64,000 nt of DNA. Origin: a candidate division FCPU426 bacterium (GTDB lineage Bacteria; Oederibacteriota; JAAXVQ01; JAUVAV01). This document shows, one piece after another, positions 51,686 to 59,995 of this stretch; within the stretch, counting starts at the first letter, position 1, and each line of letters opens with the position of its first letter. The stretch spans positions 1,372,878 through 1,436,877 of the forward strand of contig JBFLYH010000001.1 of the NCBI GenBank assembly GCA_040756875.1. Reading direction: 5' to 3'. The notes under the pieces were generated by a model that saw nothing but the letters and a program-made list of their open reading frames with translations, made no database searches and was not told the origin of the DNA. The position numbers and the translations under genes were made by a program.

Positions 51686-54600
51686 TTATTTAATGATAGC
51701 CACTTTCTTGACCTGATTCACGACCTGCAGACCCTGGTCATTGGTAACCACCAAGCGGCAGAAGTAAATGCCCGGCGCCACCTGGGCCGCGTTCCAGACC
51801 ATGGTCAGCACCTGGCTGGGCGAACCGACCGCCTGCTCCTGCACCGAGGCCACCCGCTCGCCGGTCATGCGATAAATGTCCAGTGTGGCGGTCACCGGCC
51901 CGTTGGCCTGGTAGCCGAAAATAACCCGGTCAGTGGCCGGGTTGGGATAAGCCAGGAAATCGTTTTTAGCCACCCAGGGCGTGGCGGTGTAAGTCGGCGT
52001 CACCGTGGGTGTCGCGGTCGGGAAGCCGTAACCGGCGATCCGGACAAAGTCCAGTTCCACGTACTTGCCGGCGCCGCCTTCCACGGCGATTTCCACGCTG
52101 AACCGATGCGTGCCGCTATTCCAGCCCGCCACGGCGGCGTAATTGTATTCAAAGGTACCGAGGTTGGCATTGTTCGCCTGGATCTCATACGTCGCGTAGG
52201 AGCCTTCCAGTTCCTGAATATTGAGTTTCCACTGTGTGGCGGTCGAAATACCCTTTACGCTGATCTGCACCAAGGGGAATTGCGCCGTGTCGATCGTCAA
52301 GGCCGGAGACATGACTTTGCCCCAGGTGCTGTCCGCGTTGCGCGTGACCGCGGCCCAGGAATAGGTCGTGGAATGGGCAATCTCCAGGTTGTAGGCCGGG
52401 TTTTGGGATTCATCTTCCCAATTTGCGGGCTGCTGGCCGGGCGTGCCGATGAAATGATCTTCCCAGCCGATCACAGTCGGTATCGGTGTGGGCGTAATCG
52501 TGGGTGAGGGTGGCACGCCGAGCATGTAGATTTGCACCAGATCCAAAGTCACCGTGGCCGGCGCATCGCCCACCAGGACCAGTTCCACGCTGAAGGTATG
52601 TACTCCGGTATTCAAACCGGTCAGCGTGGCATAATTGAAATTGAACGTCCCGACCGAGCCTGTTTCCGTATTCAAGTCCCAATGCCTGAAGCTGCCTTCC
52701 TGTTCCTGGATCCCGAGCTTCCACTGGGCGCCGCCCGCCACGTTGCTGACGACGACTTGGAGCCAGGGGTATTGGCCCACGTCCACAGTCTTGTTGGAGG
52801 TCAGCACCTTGCCCCAGCCTTCGCTGCCAGCCGGCCGCGTGAGCGCCGCGTAAGAATTGACGGCTGAATAGGAGATTTCGAGATTGAAGCTAATGGTATC
52901 GGTGTCGTCGAGCCAGCCTGCGGGCTGCTGTCCGGGTGTGCCGCCGGTGAAATGATCGCTCCAGAAAGCGGTGATCGCCTGGGTGGCGGTGATCGTGGGC
53001 GTGGCGGTCGCGCTGTTTACGACATCCGGCGTATTCGTGACGGTAAAGGTGGCCGGCGGAGTCGTGCCGTAGATGCGCACCTGGTCCACCACCACGTATT
53101 CACCGGCCCCTCCTTCCACCACGATTTCCACGCTGAACACGTGCGTGCCGGTGTTCCAGCCCGTAAGCGCGGCGTAATTGAAGGATTGCGTGGCCACCCC
53201 GCTTTGGGAGCCGCTCAGGTCCCAATGGGAATAACTGCCTTCCTGTTCCTGGATGCCGAGTTTCCAGGTGGCGCCGGCTGAAAGCCCGCTCACCGTGATT
53301 TCGACCATGGGATAGAACCCCACGTCGACGGTCTGGTTGGGCGACAACACCTTGCCCCACGTGCTCTCCGCGGTCCGCGTCACCGCGGCCAGGGAGCTGG
53401 TGTAGGAATAGGCGATGTGCGCGTTGAAGGTAGCATCCTGGGTCTCATCCGTCCAATTGGTCGGCTGGTCGCCGGCCGTGCCTATAAAATGATCCTGCCA
53501 GCTATTGTAAGTGCCGGTCCCGGTAGTGGAGGTCGGCGTGGGCGTGAACGTCCGGGTGATGGTCCGGGTCGCGGTAATAGTCGGAGTGGGCGTGTGGGTG
53601 TTCACGAGGTCCGGCGTATTGGTAATGGTGAAGGTCGGAGAAGCGGTCGGCGTCGGCGTAATAGTGGGCGTTTTGGTCAAGGTGGGAGTATTGGTCGGCG
53701 TATTGGATGTCCCATAGATGCGCACGGAATCCACGACCACGTATGTTCCCGTGCCGCCTTCCACGATGATCTCCACGCTGAACACGTGCACCCCGCTCAG
53801 CAACCCGGTCAGCGTGGCATAGTTGAACGGAAACGTTCCGGTCCCGGTTTGCGACCCGCTCAAATCCCAGTGCCGGTAGCTCCCCTCCTGCTCCTGGATC
53901 CCCAGCTTCCAGCTGGTGCTGGCCGAAAGCCCGGTGACCACGATTTCCACCATCGGATAAGCTGCCACGTCCGCGGTCTGCGCCGGCGACAGTACCTTGC
54001 CCCACGTGCTCTCCGCCGTGCGCGTCACTGCGGCCATGGAATTAATATAGGAATACGCGATGTGCGCGTTGAAATTCGCATCCTGCGTCTCGTCCCACCA
54101 GTTGGTCGGCTGGTCGCCGGCTAGACCCACGAAATGATCCTCCCAAAAGTTGGACGTCGGACCGCCGGGCGTGACCGTGGGCGTGATGGTGGGGGTAAAG
54201 GTCGGCGTGCCGCTGCTGCCGCTGTAAATGCGCACGGAATCTACGACCACGTATGTTCCCGTGCCGCCTTCCACGATGATCTCCACGCTGAACACGTGCG
54301 TCCCGCTCAGCAACCCGGTCAGCGTGGCATAGTTGAACGGAAACGTCCCGGTCCCGGTTTGCGACCCGCTCAAATCCCAGTGCCGGTAGCTTCCCTCCTG
54401 CTCCTGGATCCCCAGCTTCCACGACGTGCTCGCCGATACCCCGCTCACTACAATTTCAATCATGGGATACGTCGCCGTATTCACAGTCTGCGCCGGAGAC
54501 AGCACCTTGCCCCACGTGCTTTCCGCGGTCCGCGTCACCGCAGCCATCGAACTCGTGTACGAGTAGGCGATATGCGCGTTGTAGCTCGAATCCTGCGTCT

Positions 54601-55231
54601 CGTCCCACCAGTTGGTCGGCTGATCGCCGGCTATGCCCACGAAATGGTCCTGCCAAAAGTTGGACGTTGGACCGCCGGGCGTGGCCGTGGGCGTGATGGT
54701 GGGGGTAAAGGTCGGCGTGCCGGCAACGTCATAGATGCGTACGGAATCCACGACCACGTATGTTCCCGTGCCACCTTCTACGATGATCTCCACGCTGAAC
54801 ACGTGCACTCCGCTCAGCAACCCGGTCAGCGTGGCATAGTTGAACGGAAACGTCCCGGTCCCGGTTTGCGACCCACTCAAATCCCAGTGCCGGTAGCTTC
54901 CCTCCTGCTCCTGGATCCCCAGCTTCCAGCTGGTGCTGGCTGAAAGCCCGGTGACCACGATCTCAATCATCGGATTAGCGGCCACATCCAAAGTCTGCGC
55001 CGGCGACAGCACCTTGCCCCACGTGCTCTCCGCCGTGCGCGTCACTGCGGCCATGGAATTAACATAGGAATACGCGATGTGCGCGTTGAAATTCAAGTCC
55101 TGCGTCTCGTCCCACCAGTTGGTCGGCTGGTCGCCGGCCGTACCCACGAAATGTTCTTCCCAGACATTGGCCGCCTGGGTATTGACCGCCGCGAACACGA
55201 TCAGTCCCATCACCGCGAGTATTTTTTTCAT
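51686..55231 (-). CDS. Secreted non-catalytic protein of six tandem repeated modules + T9SS-like CTD
   Basis: Signal peptide from ATG 55231 (MKKILAV); six W.(D/E)HF.G..G.QP..W.D(E/D) units with Thr/Pro linkers; YPNP...KKVAIIK. Confidence 0.85.
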   Translation of the reverse strand: MKKILAVMGLIVFAAVNTQAANVWEEHFVGTAGDQPTNWWDETQDLNFNAHIAYSYVNSMAAVTRTAESTWGKVLSPAQTLDVAANPMIEIVVTGLSASTSWKLGIQEQEGSYRHWDLSGSQTGTGTFPFNYATLTGLLSGVHVFSVEIIVEGGTGTYVVVDSVRIYDVAGTPTFTPTITPTATPGGPTSNFWQDHFVGIAGDQPTNWWDETQDSSYNAHIAYSYTSSMAAVTRTAESTWGKVLSPAQTVNTATYPMIEIVVSGVSASTSWKLGIQEQEGSYRHWDLSGSQTGTGTFPFNYATLTGLLSGTHVFSVEIIVEGGTGTYVVVDSVRIYSGSSGTPTFTPTITPTVTPGGPTSNFWEDHFVGLAGDQPTNWWDETQDANFNAHIAYSYINSMAAVTRTAESTWGKVLSPAQTADVAAYPMVEIVVTGLSASTSWKLGIQEQEGSYRHWDLSGSQTGTGTFPFNYATLTGLLSGVHVFSVEIIVEGGTGTYVVVDSVRIYGTSNTPTNTPTLTKTPTITPTPTASPTFTITNTPDLVNTHTPTPTITATRTITRTFTPTPTSTTGTGTYNSWQDHFIGTAGDQPTNWTDETQDATFNAHIAYSYTSSLAAVTRTAESTWGKVLSPNQTVDVGFYPMVEITVSGLSAGATWKLGIQEQEGSYSHWDLSGSQSGVATQSFNYAALTGWNTGTHVFSVEIVVEGGAGEYVVVDQVRIYGTTPPATFTVTNTPDVVNSATATPTITATQAITAFWSDHFTGGTPGQQPAGWLDDTDTISFNLEISYSAVNSYAALTRPAGSEGWGKVLTSNKTVDVGQYPWLQVVVSNVAGGAQWKLGIQEQEGSFRHWDLNTETGSVGTFNFNYATLTGLNTGVHTFSVELVLVGDAPATVTLDLVQIYMLGVPPSPTITPTPIPTVIGWEDHFIGTPGQQPANWEDESQNPAYNLEIAHSTTYSWAAVTRNADSTWGKVMSPALTIDTAQFPLVQISVKGISTATQWKLNIQELEGSYATYEIQANNANLGTFEYNYAAVAGWNSGTHRFSVEIAVEGGAGKYVELDFVRIAGYGFPTATPTVTPTYTATPWVAKNDFLAYPNPATDRVIFGYQANGPVTATLDIYRMTGERVASVQEQAVGSPSQVLTMVWNAAQVAPGIYFCRLVVTNDQGLQVVNQVKKVAIIK
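53715..55165. repeat. Three near-identical direct repeats (~510-nt period) encoding modules 1-3
   Basis: Long shared DNA blocks, e.g. agttgaacggaaacgt(t/c)ccggtcccggtttgcgaccc at about 53821, 54331 and 54838. Confidence 0.9.
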
Positions 55232-55315
55232 TCCAGCCTCCCCACCAAACGGCCTCAGGCAGGATACGCCCAAAGCCTTGTATATATCGGGATTATATCA
55301 TAGCGCAATATATAG

Positions 55316-55344
55316 TTAGACTTGCAAAATACCCAAATCGTTTC
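55316..55344 (-). promoter_or_regulatory. ECF-type promoter
   Basis: GAAACG-N17-GTCTAA. Confidence 0.62.
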
Positions 55345-55367
55345 ACATTTTTTTTGTGAATGAGCGG

Positions 55368-55412
55368 AATAGGGCGAACCCCGCGCAAGCTGCTCGCGGG
55401 GTCCGCCCTATT
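55368..55412 (-). other. Long hairpin after 55421..59908 (weak or no U-tract)
   Basis: AATAGGGCG.ACCCCGCG / CGCGGGGT.CGCCCTATT inverted repeat. Confidence 0.65.
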
Positions 55413-55420
55413 TGCCGGTT

Positions 55421-58400
55421 TTATCGAATCAAGGCCACCTTCTTCTTCAATTTCATTACCTCGTTGCCACTGGCACCGGTTATTTCAATGCGGCAAATAT
55501 AAATGCCCGGCGCCACGCCCTCGGCTTGCCAAGTCGTAACCAGGGTCTGCCCCTGGCCGCCGTCCCGGAATTCCGTGATCGCGGCTACCCGTTCCCCGGT
55601 CAGCCGGTAGATGTCAATCTTCACCTTGCCCGCACCTGCAAGTGTATAGGCGAAATGCACATTCCCGCGCGAGGGGTTGGGATAAGTCATGACCTGGTTT
55701 TTGCCCAGCCAGGGGGTGGGCGTGGAAGTCGGCGTCAGGGTCGGGGTTGATGTCGGTGTCAGGGATGGAATGGTTATTGGCGTCGAAGTGGGAGTGGGAG
55801 TAGGAGTGAATACAGAGGTAACGGACGGCACCGGCGTCAGGGGAGCCATGGTACTGCCCATGACACTGCCCGCTTGGCCGACCCATAGATAGTCGACCTC
55901 AAACCATTTGCCGGCCGCGCCCTCCACGACCATCTCCAGATTGAACTCCTGGACGCCCGCCCACCCGGTTATCGCGGAATAATTGTAAGTATATTCCCCG
56001 GTGCTTGACGAGCTGTTCTGCAGGACGGCAAATTCCGTCTCGCTGTCTTTCTTGCGAATGATCAATTTCCATGCGGTGTCGGCCGAAATCCGGTCCACCT
56101 TGATTCCCACGATCGGATACTCACTGACGTTCGCTGTGAGCAAGGGAGACTGGACTTTTCCCCAGCCGATGGCATCCGCCGTGCGGGTAATACAAGCCAC
56201 GGAATAGGCGGAGGAAAAAGCGACGTGCGCATTAAAGCCCGTGTCGTCGTTTTCGTCCTTCCACTCTTGCGGCTGCACCCATAATGTGCCTTTGAAATGG
56301 TCGGCCCAGGCCATGCCGGCCGGCAAGGTCGGTTCCGGCGGCCGGGTCCCGTTCACGACGCTGATGTTTTCCAGCCAGGCGGCGGCATAGTCGGTCGGCG
56401 AGGGCAGCACCCCGTTGGCCGCCCCCACGATCAGCCTGAAACTCCGGACGCCATTTTGCAGGCTTTCGGGGAGATAATACTTGAGGTTGTAAATATATTC
56501 GCCCGGCAGGCCTGCGTCGTATTCCATCCGGACGATGGGATCGCTGGTCGAGCTGCCCAATTGCAAATAGGTATACCATACCTGCTGAACCTTCCGGACG
56601 TTCATCCTCACATCCGCTTCCTGGTCCATATCCACGGTAAACGGCTGGCTGGCGGCAATGCTGCCCCAAAAATCCTGGGTCGTCGATCCGGCAACATTGA
56701 GTTTGACTTCCGTGCCGTCTATCACGCGGCTGGTCGAACCGTCGCGGACCGGCCACTGGGCGATGATGTCCGGCACTTGGTAGTTGAGCAGGATCTGTTC
56801 GGCGCCTGCGGCTGCCGGCATCACGGCCAAGGGCGCGGCGGGCCTGGACACCTGGTTAAGCGGATTGAACGTCGTGCCTTGATAGGCGTTCAACACCGCT
56901 CCCACGCCGTCGCGCATGGCCCCGGCCGTGGTAAAACAACCCTTGTTTTGGGTGACAAAATCGTTCAAAGTCCAAATCATGGTGCCGGCGATGTCCGCGG
57001 AATATGCCTGCGAATAAACACGGTTGAAATAGGCGGCGATTTGTTCCGCAGAATACCCGGCATTATAATCCAACCCGTGTTCTTCGAACAGAATCGGCCG
57101 GGTTACGCCTTTTTTCGCCATAAGCTGTCTGGCCTGCATGACCATGCCCAGCTCCGGTTTGTCATCGCCGAGCGAATGGAGGGCAAAAACATCTATATTC
57201 GTCAGGTCCAGCGCCCGGATGGCAAAAGGCCGGCTGGAGGCAGCGACCAGAAGATGATTCGGGTCCTGGGCCTTCATATGTTCGGCCATGTTGGCATGCC
57301 ACGCATACGCTTCGTCTTTTTTGCTTTGCAAAGCGAAATGCAGCGCATAAAGATCGAGTTCGCTGGTTACCCCCCAGGCAAAGATGCGGTCGTCCTCCTT
57401 GAAACGTTCAAGCACGGCGGTCAAATGATCCCTCATTCCCTGCCACTTCGAGACCGAATAATCCCGGGCATAGGGGAAGAACGTGAGTTCGACCCGCAGG
57501 CCCAGGCGGTCGGCAAGGTATAAAAAGTCCTCCATACGCGCCAGCATTTCCGGCCTCACGCTGGCCCCGCCGAATTCTTCGTAGTGCACGAAAAATCTCA
57601 CCGCGTTGAACCCAAGTTGGGCAACACGCGCGAGTTCTTGTTCGACCCGTTCCGCATCCCATTGGCTCCACACTTCGTGATTCGTCTCATCGTAGGTCGC
57701 AGGATAATAATTGACCCCTTTGATTTTAACCACCGTGCCATTCAGTTCCAGCTGTTCGGGTTCGGTCGCGCTGCGATGGATGAAACTGACGGCAGCCGGC
57801 CTGCGCACTCCGAATATTTTCACGTAATCAATGGCCAGGTTGCTTCCGGCGATCCCCTGGACCTTAATCTGAATCTGAAGCCGTTTCTCTCCTGACCAGC
57901 CGGCGATCGCCGCATAATTGAAATAATAGCGGCCCGGGGATGCCTGCCACGGGCAGAGATCGTAATCATTGCCTTCCACCTCATGAATGCCGACTTTCCA
58001 GGCGGTGCCAGCGGAAACGCCGTCTACTTTGATCTCCAAATGATCATACTGGCTGGCATTGGTCAGGAACGGCAGGGACACGGTTTTCCCTTCCGCGTTT
58101 TCCAGCAGAGTCAACGTCGCGGTCGTGCTCCCGCTTCCGTCGCCGACGAACTCGGAATCCAGGCCGGAATTCTGGCTTTCGTCAAGCCAGCCAAAAGGTT
58201 GGCCGGAAATGTTCCGGAAATGGTCAAACCAGAAATCCGCGATCGGGGTGACCGAAACCGTGGCTGTCATGGTCATGGTCGGCGTCGGGGAAACGGTCGG
58301 CGTCTGCGTGGCTGTAAGGGTTTGCGTAGGCGTGGGGCTGATGGTGCAGGAGGCGGAAAGCGTCGAGGTCACTGTGGGTGTCGGCGTCACCGTGGGCGTC

Positions 58401-59908
58401 GGAGTCAGCGGAACGCTCTGACGCAGGCTCACGCTGTCAAAAATGGCCGAATGGTTCGTCCCCTCGGTAAACAAATCGACGCCGAACGTGACGATTCCGC
58501 TCCAGCCCATGACGCTGCGCAGATCCCAGGCATAGGTTCCGGCCGCCGAGATTCCGCTCTGGATGTCGTACCCTCCTGTCCCCCGCGCTACGCCGACCTT
58601 GACGGTCCCGGTGGCGACTTGATCGATTTTGACTTCCAGAAAAGGATACTGATCAATATCCGCCGTTATGTTTTGGCCGGTCATGATCTGCGCATAATTG
58701 GCCTGGCCGTCATTGGTTTCGATCACATAGCCGTCGCGCGTGTCGTACCAGGCAATGGGCCTGGTTAGGAGCCACCCTTGGGGGGGATTGCCGGGCGAAG
58801 ACGGAGGGATGTCATCCGAATAGTTGAACTCGTCCTGCCAGGCCACTGTCGCCGAAACAGTCTGAAGCGGATTGGTGCTGATTCTCACGAAGTCCAACTT
58901 CACCTGGCAGTTTGCGCCATCCGAAATCAACTCCACACCCAGGTATTTGATTCCGCTCCACGCGCCGCTGGTGGCCGCGGGAATATCGAAAGTATACAGC
59001 CCGGGCCGGGTAATCGACTGGGCGCAGGTAAACGATTGCCACCCCCCCGAGGTGGTGAACACATTGACTCTGAACGTTCCGTTCGTTACGCTGTCCACTT
59101 TGACTTCCAGCGTGGCATACACATTCAGATTCACGTCCTGCGAAAAGGACTGCACCTTCCCCCACGAAGCCCCGGGGACTGTTTGCAACAAAGCCCTCGA
59201 GATTTGGCTGTCATAGGCGATTTCGGCGTTGAAGCTGCCGTTATTGGTTTCATCGTACCATCCCGGGCATTGCATCCCGGGGGACGAAGGAGGGACATCG
59301 TCGCTATAGACGAATTCTTCCCTCCACTTGTACAGGGCATAGGCGGGTTTGCGGGTTATTTTAATGTAATCCAATTCAATCCATTTTCCGGAAGCGCCCT
59401 CGACCACGACTTCGAACTTGAAAGCATGCGTGCCTGTCCAGCCAGCCACGGCGGCATAATCGTAGCAAAACGTTCCGCCGGTGTTCTTGGTGGCCTGGAT
59501 CACCCAGGAAGGAGAACCCGGGGTGCTTTCGCGCAGAATCAGTTTCCAGCCCGTGCTCGACGACAGCCGGTTGACTTTGATTTCCACCAGGGGATACTCA
59601 TCGACATTGACCACCCGCTGCGGGGTCGACACCTTCCCCCATACGTCCTGGGCGGTCCGCGTCACAGCCGCCACGGAGGATTGATACGAGTAGGCGATTT
59701 CCGCGTTGAAGTCGGCGGAATTGGTTTCGTCGATCCAGCCGGCAGGCTGCGCCCCCGGCGCGCCTCCGTCGAAATGATTGATCCAAATGTCCGGCGTGGG
59801 GGTAGGCGTCGGGGTCGCCGCCGCCCATCCCGGCAATGTAAACAACAGCCATCCGACGAACAACCACCTGGTTTGCGACCCTGTCTGAATCCCGCTTTGG
59901 TTTTTCAT
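55421..59908 (-). CDS. Secreted clan GH-A (GH5-like) glycoside hydrolase with 5 repeated modules and T9SS-like CTD
   Basis: KGVNYYP, LGFNAVRFF, WGVTSELD, RPILFEEHG; paralog of 24662..28162; YPNP...KKVALIR. Start placed at ATG 59908 behind GGAGGGGG. Confidence 0.8.
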   Translation of the reverse strand: MKNQSGIQTGSQTRWLFVGWLLFTLPGWAAATPTPTPTPDIWINHFDGGAPGAQPAGWIDETNSADFNAEIAYSYQSSVAAVTRTAQDVWGKVSTPQRVVNVDEYPLVEIKVNRLSSSTGWKLILRESTPGSPSWVIQATKNTGGTFCYDYAAVAGWTGTHAFKFEVVVEGASGKWIELDYIKITRKPAYALYKWREEFVYSDDVPPSSPGMQCPGWYDETNNGSFNAEIAYDSQISRALLQTVPGASWGKVQSFSQDVNLNVYATLEVKVDSVTNGTFRVNVFTTSGGWQSFTCAQSITRPGLYTFDIPAATSGAWSGIKYLGVELISDGANCQVKLDFVRISTNPLQTVSATVAWQDEFNYSDDIPPSSPGNPPQGWLLTRPIAWYDTRDGYVIETNDGQANYAQIMTGQNITADIDQYPFLEVKIDQVATGTVKVGVARGTGGYDIQSGISAAGTYAWDLRSVMGWSGIVTFGVDLFTEGTNHSAIFDSVSLRQSVPLTPTPTVTPTPTVTSTLSASCTISPTPTQTLTATQTPTVSPTPTMTMTATVSVTPIADFWFDHFRNISGQPFGWLDESQNSGLDSEFVGDGSGSTTATLTLLENAEGKTVSLPFLTNASQYDHLEIKVDGVSAGTAWKVGIHEVEGNDYDLCPWQASPGRYYFNYAAIAGWSGEKRLQIQIKVQGIAGSNLAIDYVKIFGVRRPAAVSFIHRSATEPEQLELNGTVVKIKGVNYYPATYDETNHEVWSQWDAERVEQELARVAQLGFNAVRFFVHYEEFGGASVRPEMLARMEDFLYLADRLGLRVELTFFPYARDYSVSKWQGMRDHLTAVLERFKEDDRIFAWGVTSELDLYALHFALQSKKDEAYAWHANMAEHMKAQDPNHLLVAASSRPFAIRALDLTNIDVFALHSLGDDKPELGMVMQARQLMAKKGVTRPILFEEHGLDYNAGYSAEQIAAYFNRVYSQAYSADIAGTMIWTLNDFVTQNKGCFTTAGAMRDGVGAVLNAYQGTTFNPLNQVSRPAAPLAVMPAAAGAEQILLNYQVPDIIAQWPVRDGSTSRVIDGTEVKLNVAGSTTQDFWGSIAASQPFTVDMDQEADVRMNVRKVQQVWYTYLQLGSSTSDPIVRMEYDAGLPGEYIYNLKYYLPESLQNGVRSFRLIVGAANGVLPSPTDYAAAWLENISVVNGTRPPEPTLPAGMAWADHFKGTLWVQPQEWKDENDDTGFNAHVAFSSAYSVACITRTADAIGWGKVQSPLLTANVSEYPIVGIKVDRISADTAWKLIIRKKDSETEFAVLQNSSSSTGEYTYNYSAITGWAGVQEFNLEMVVEGAAGKWFEVDYLWVGQAGSVMGSTMAPLTPVPSVTSVFTPTPTPTSTPITIPSLTPTSTPTLTPTSTPTPWLGKNQVMTYPNPSRGNVHFAYTLAGAGKVKIDIYRLTGERVAAITEFRDGGQGQTLVTTWQAEGVAPGIYICRIEITGASGNEVMKLKKKVALIR

Positions 59909-59995
59909 TTTCCCCCTCCGGCGATTGGATTTCTCCAGTGAAACCATCATCCGTCCGCTTGCGTTTCACCGTTCCTTTCAGCGGACGGATCAGAA

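Noticed and set aside
53715-55165. Near-identical repeats as diversity-generating retroelement TR/VR
   Set aside because: No reverse transcriptase in the window, the differences are not obviously adenine-specific, and all copies are in-frame domains.
51686-55231. Canonical cellulosome (cohesin/dockerin)
   Set aside because: No duplicated dockerin Ca-binding repeats on the enzymes; the DxDxDG motifs present belong to FG-GAP blades, and the modules do not resemble cohesins by eye.
55342-55360. TTCACA-N7-TGTGAA as a CRP site
   Set aside because: Half-sites are in the reverse order and spacing to TGTGA-N6-TCACA; it could be another operator but is unsupported.
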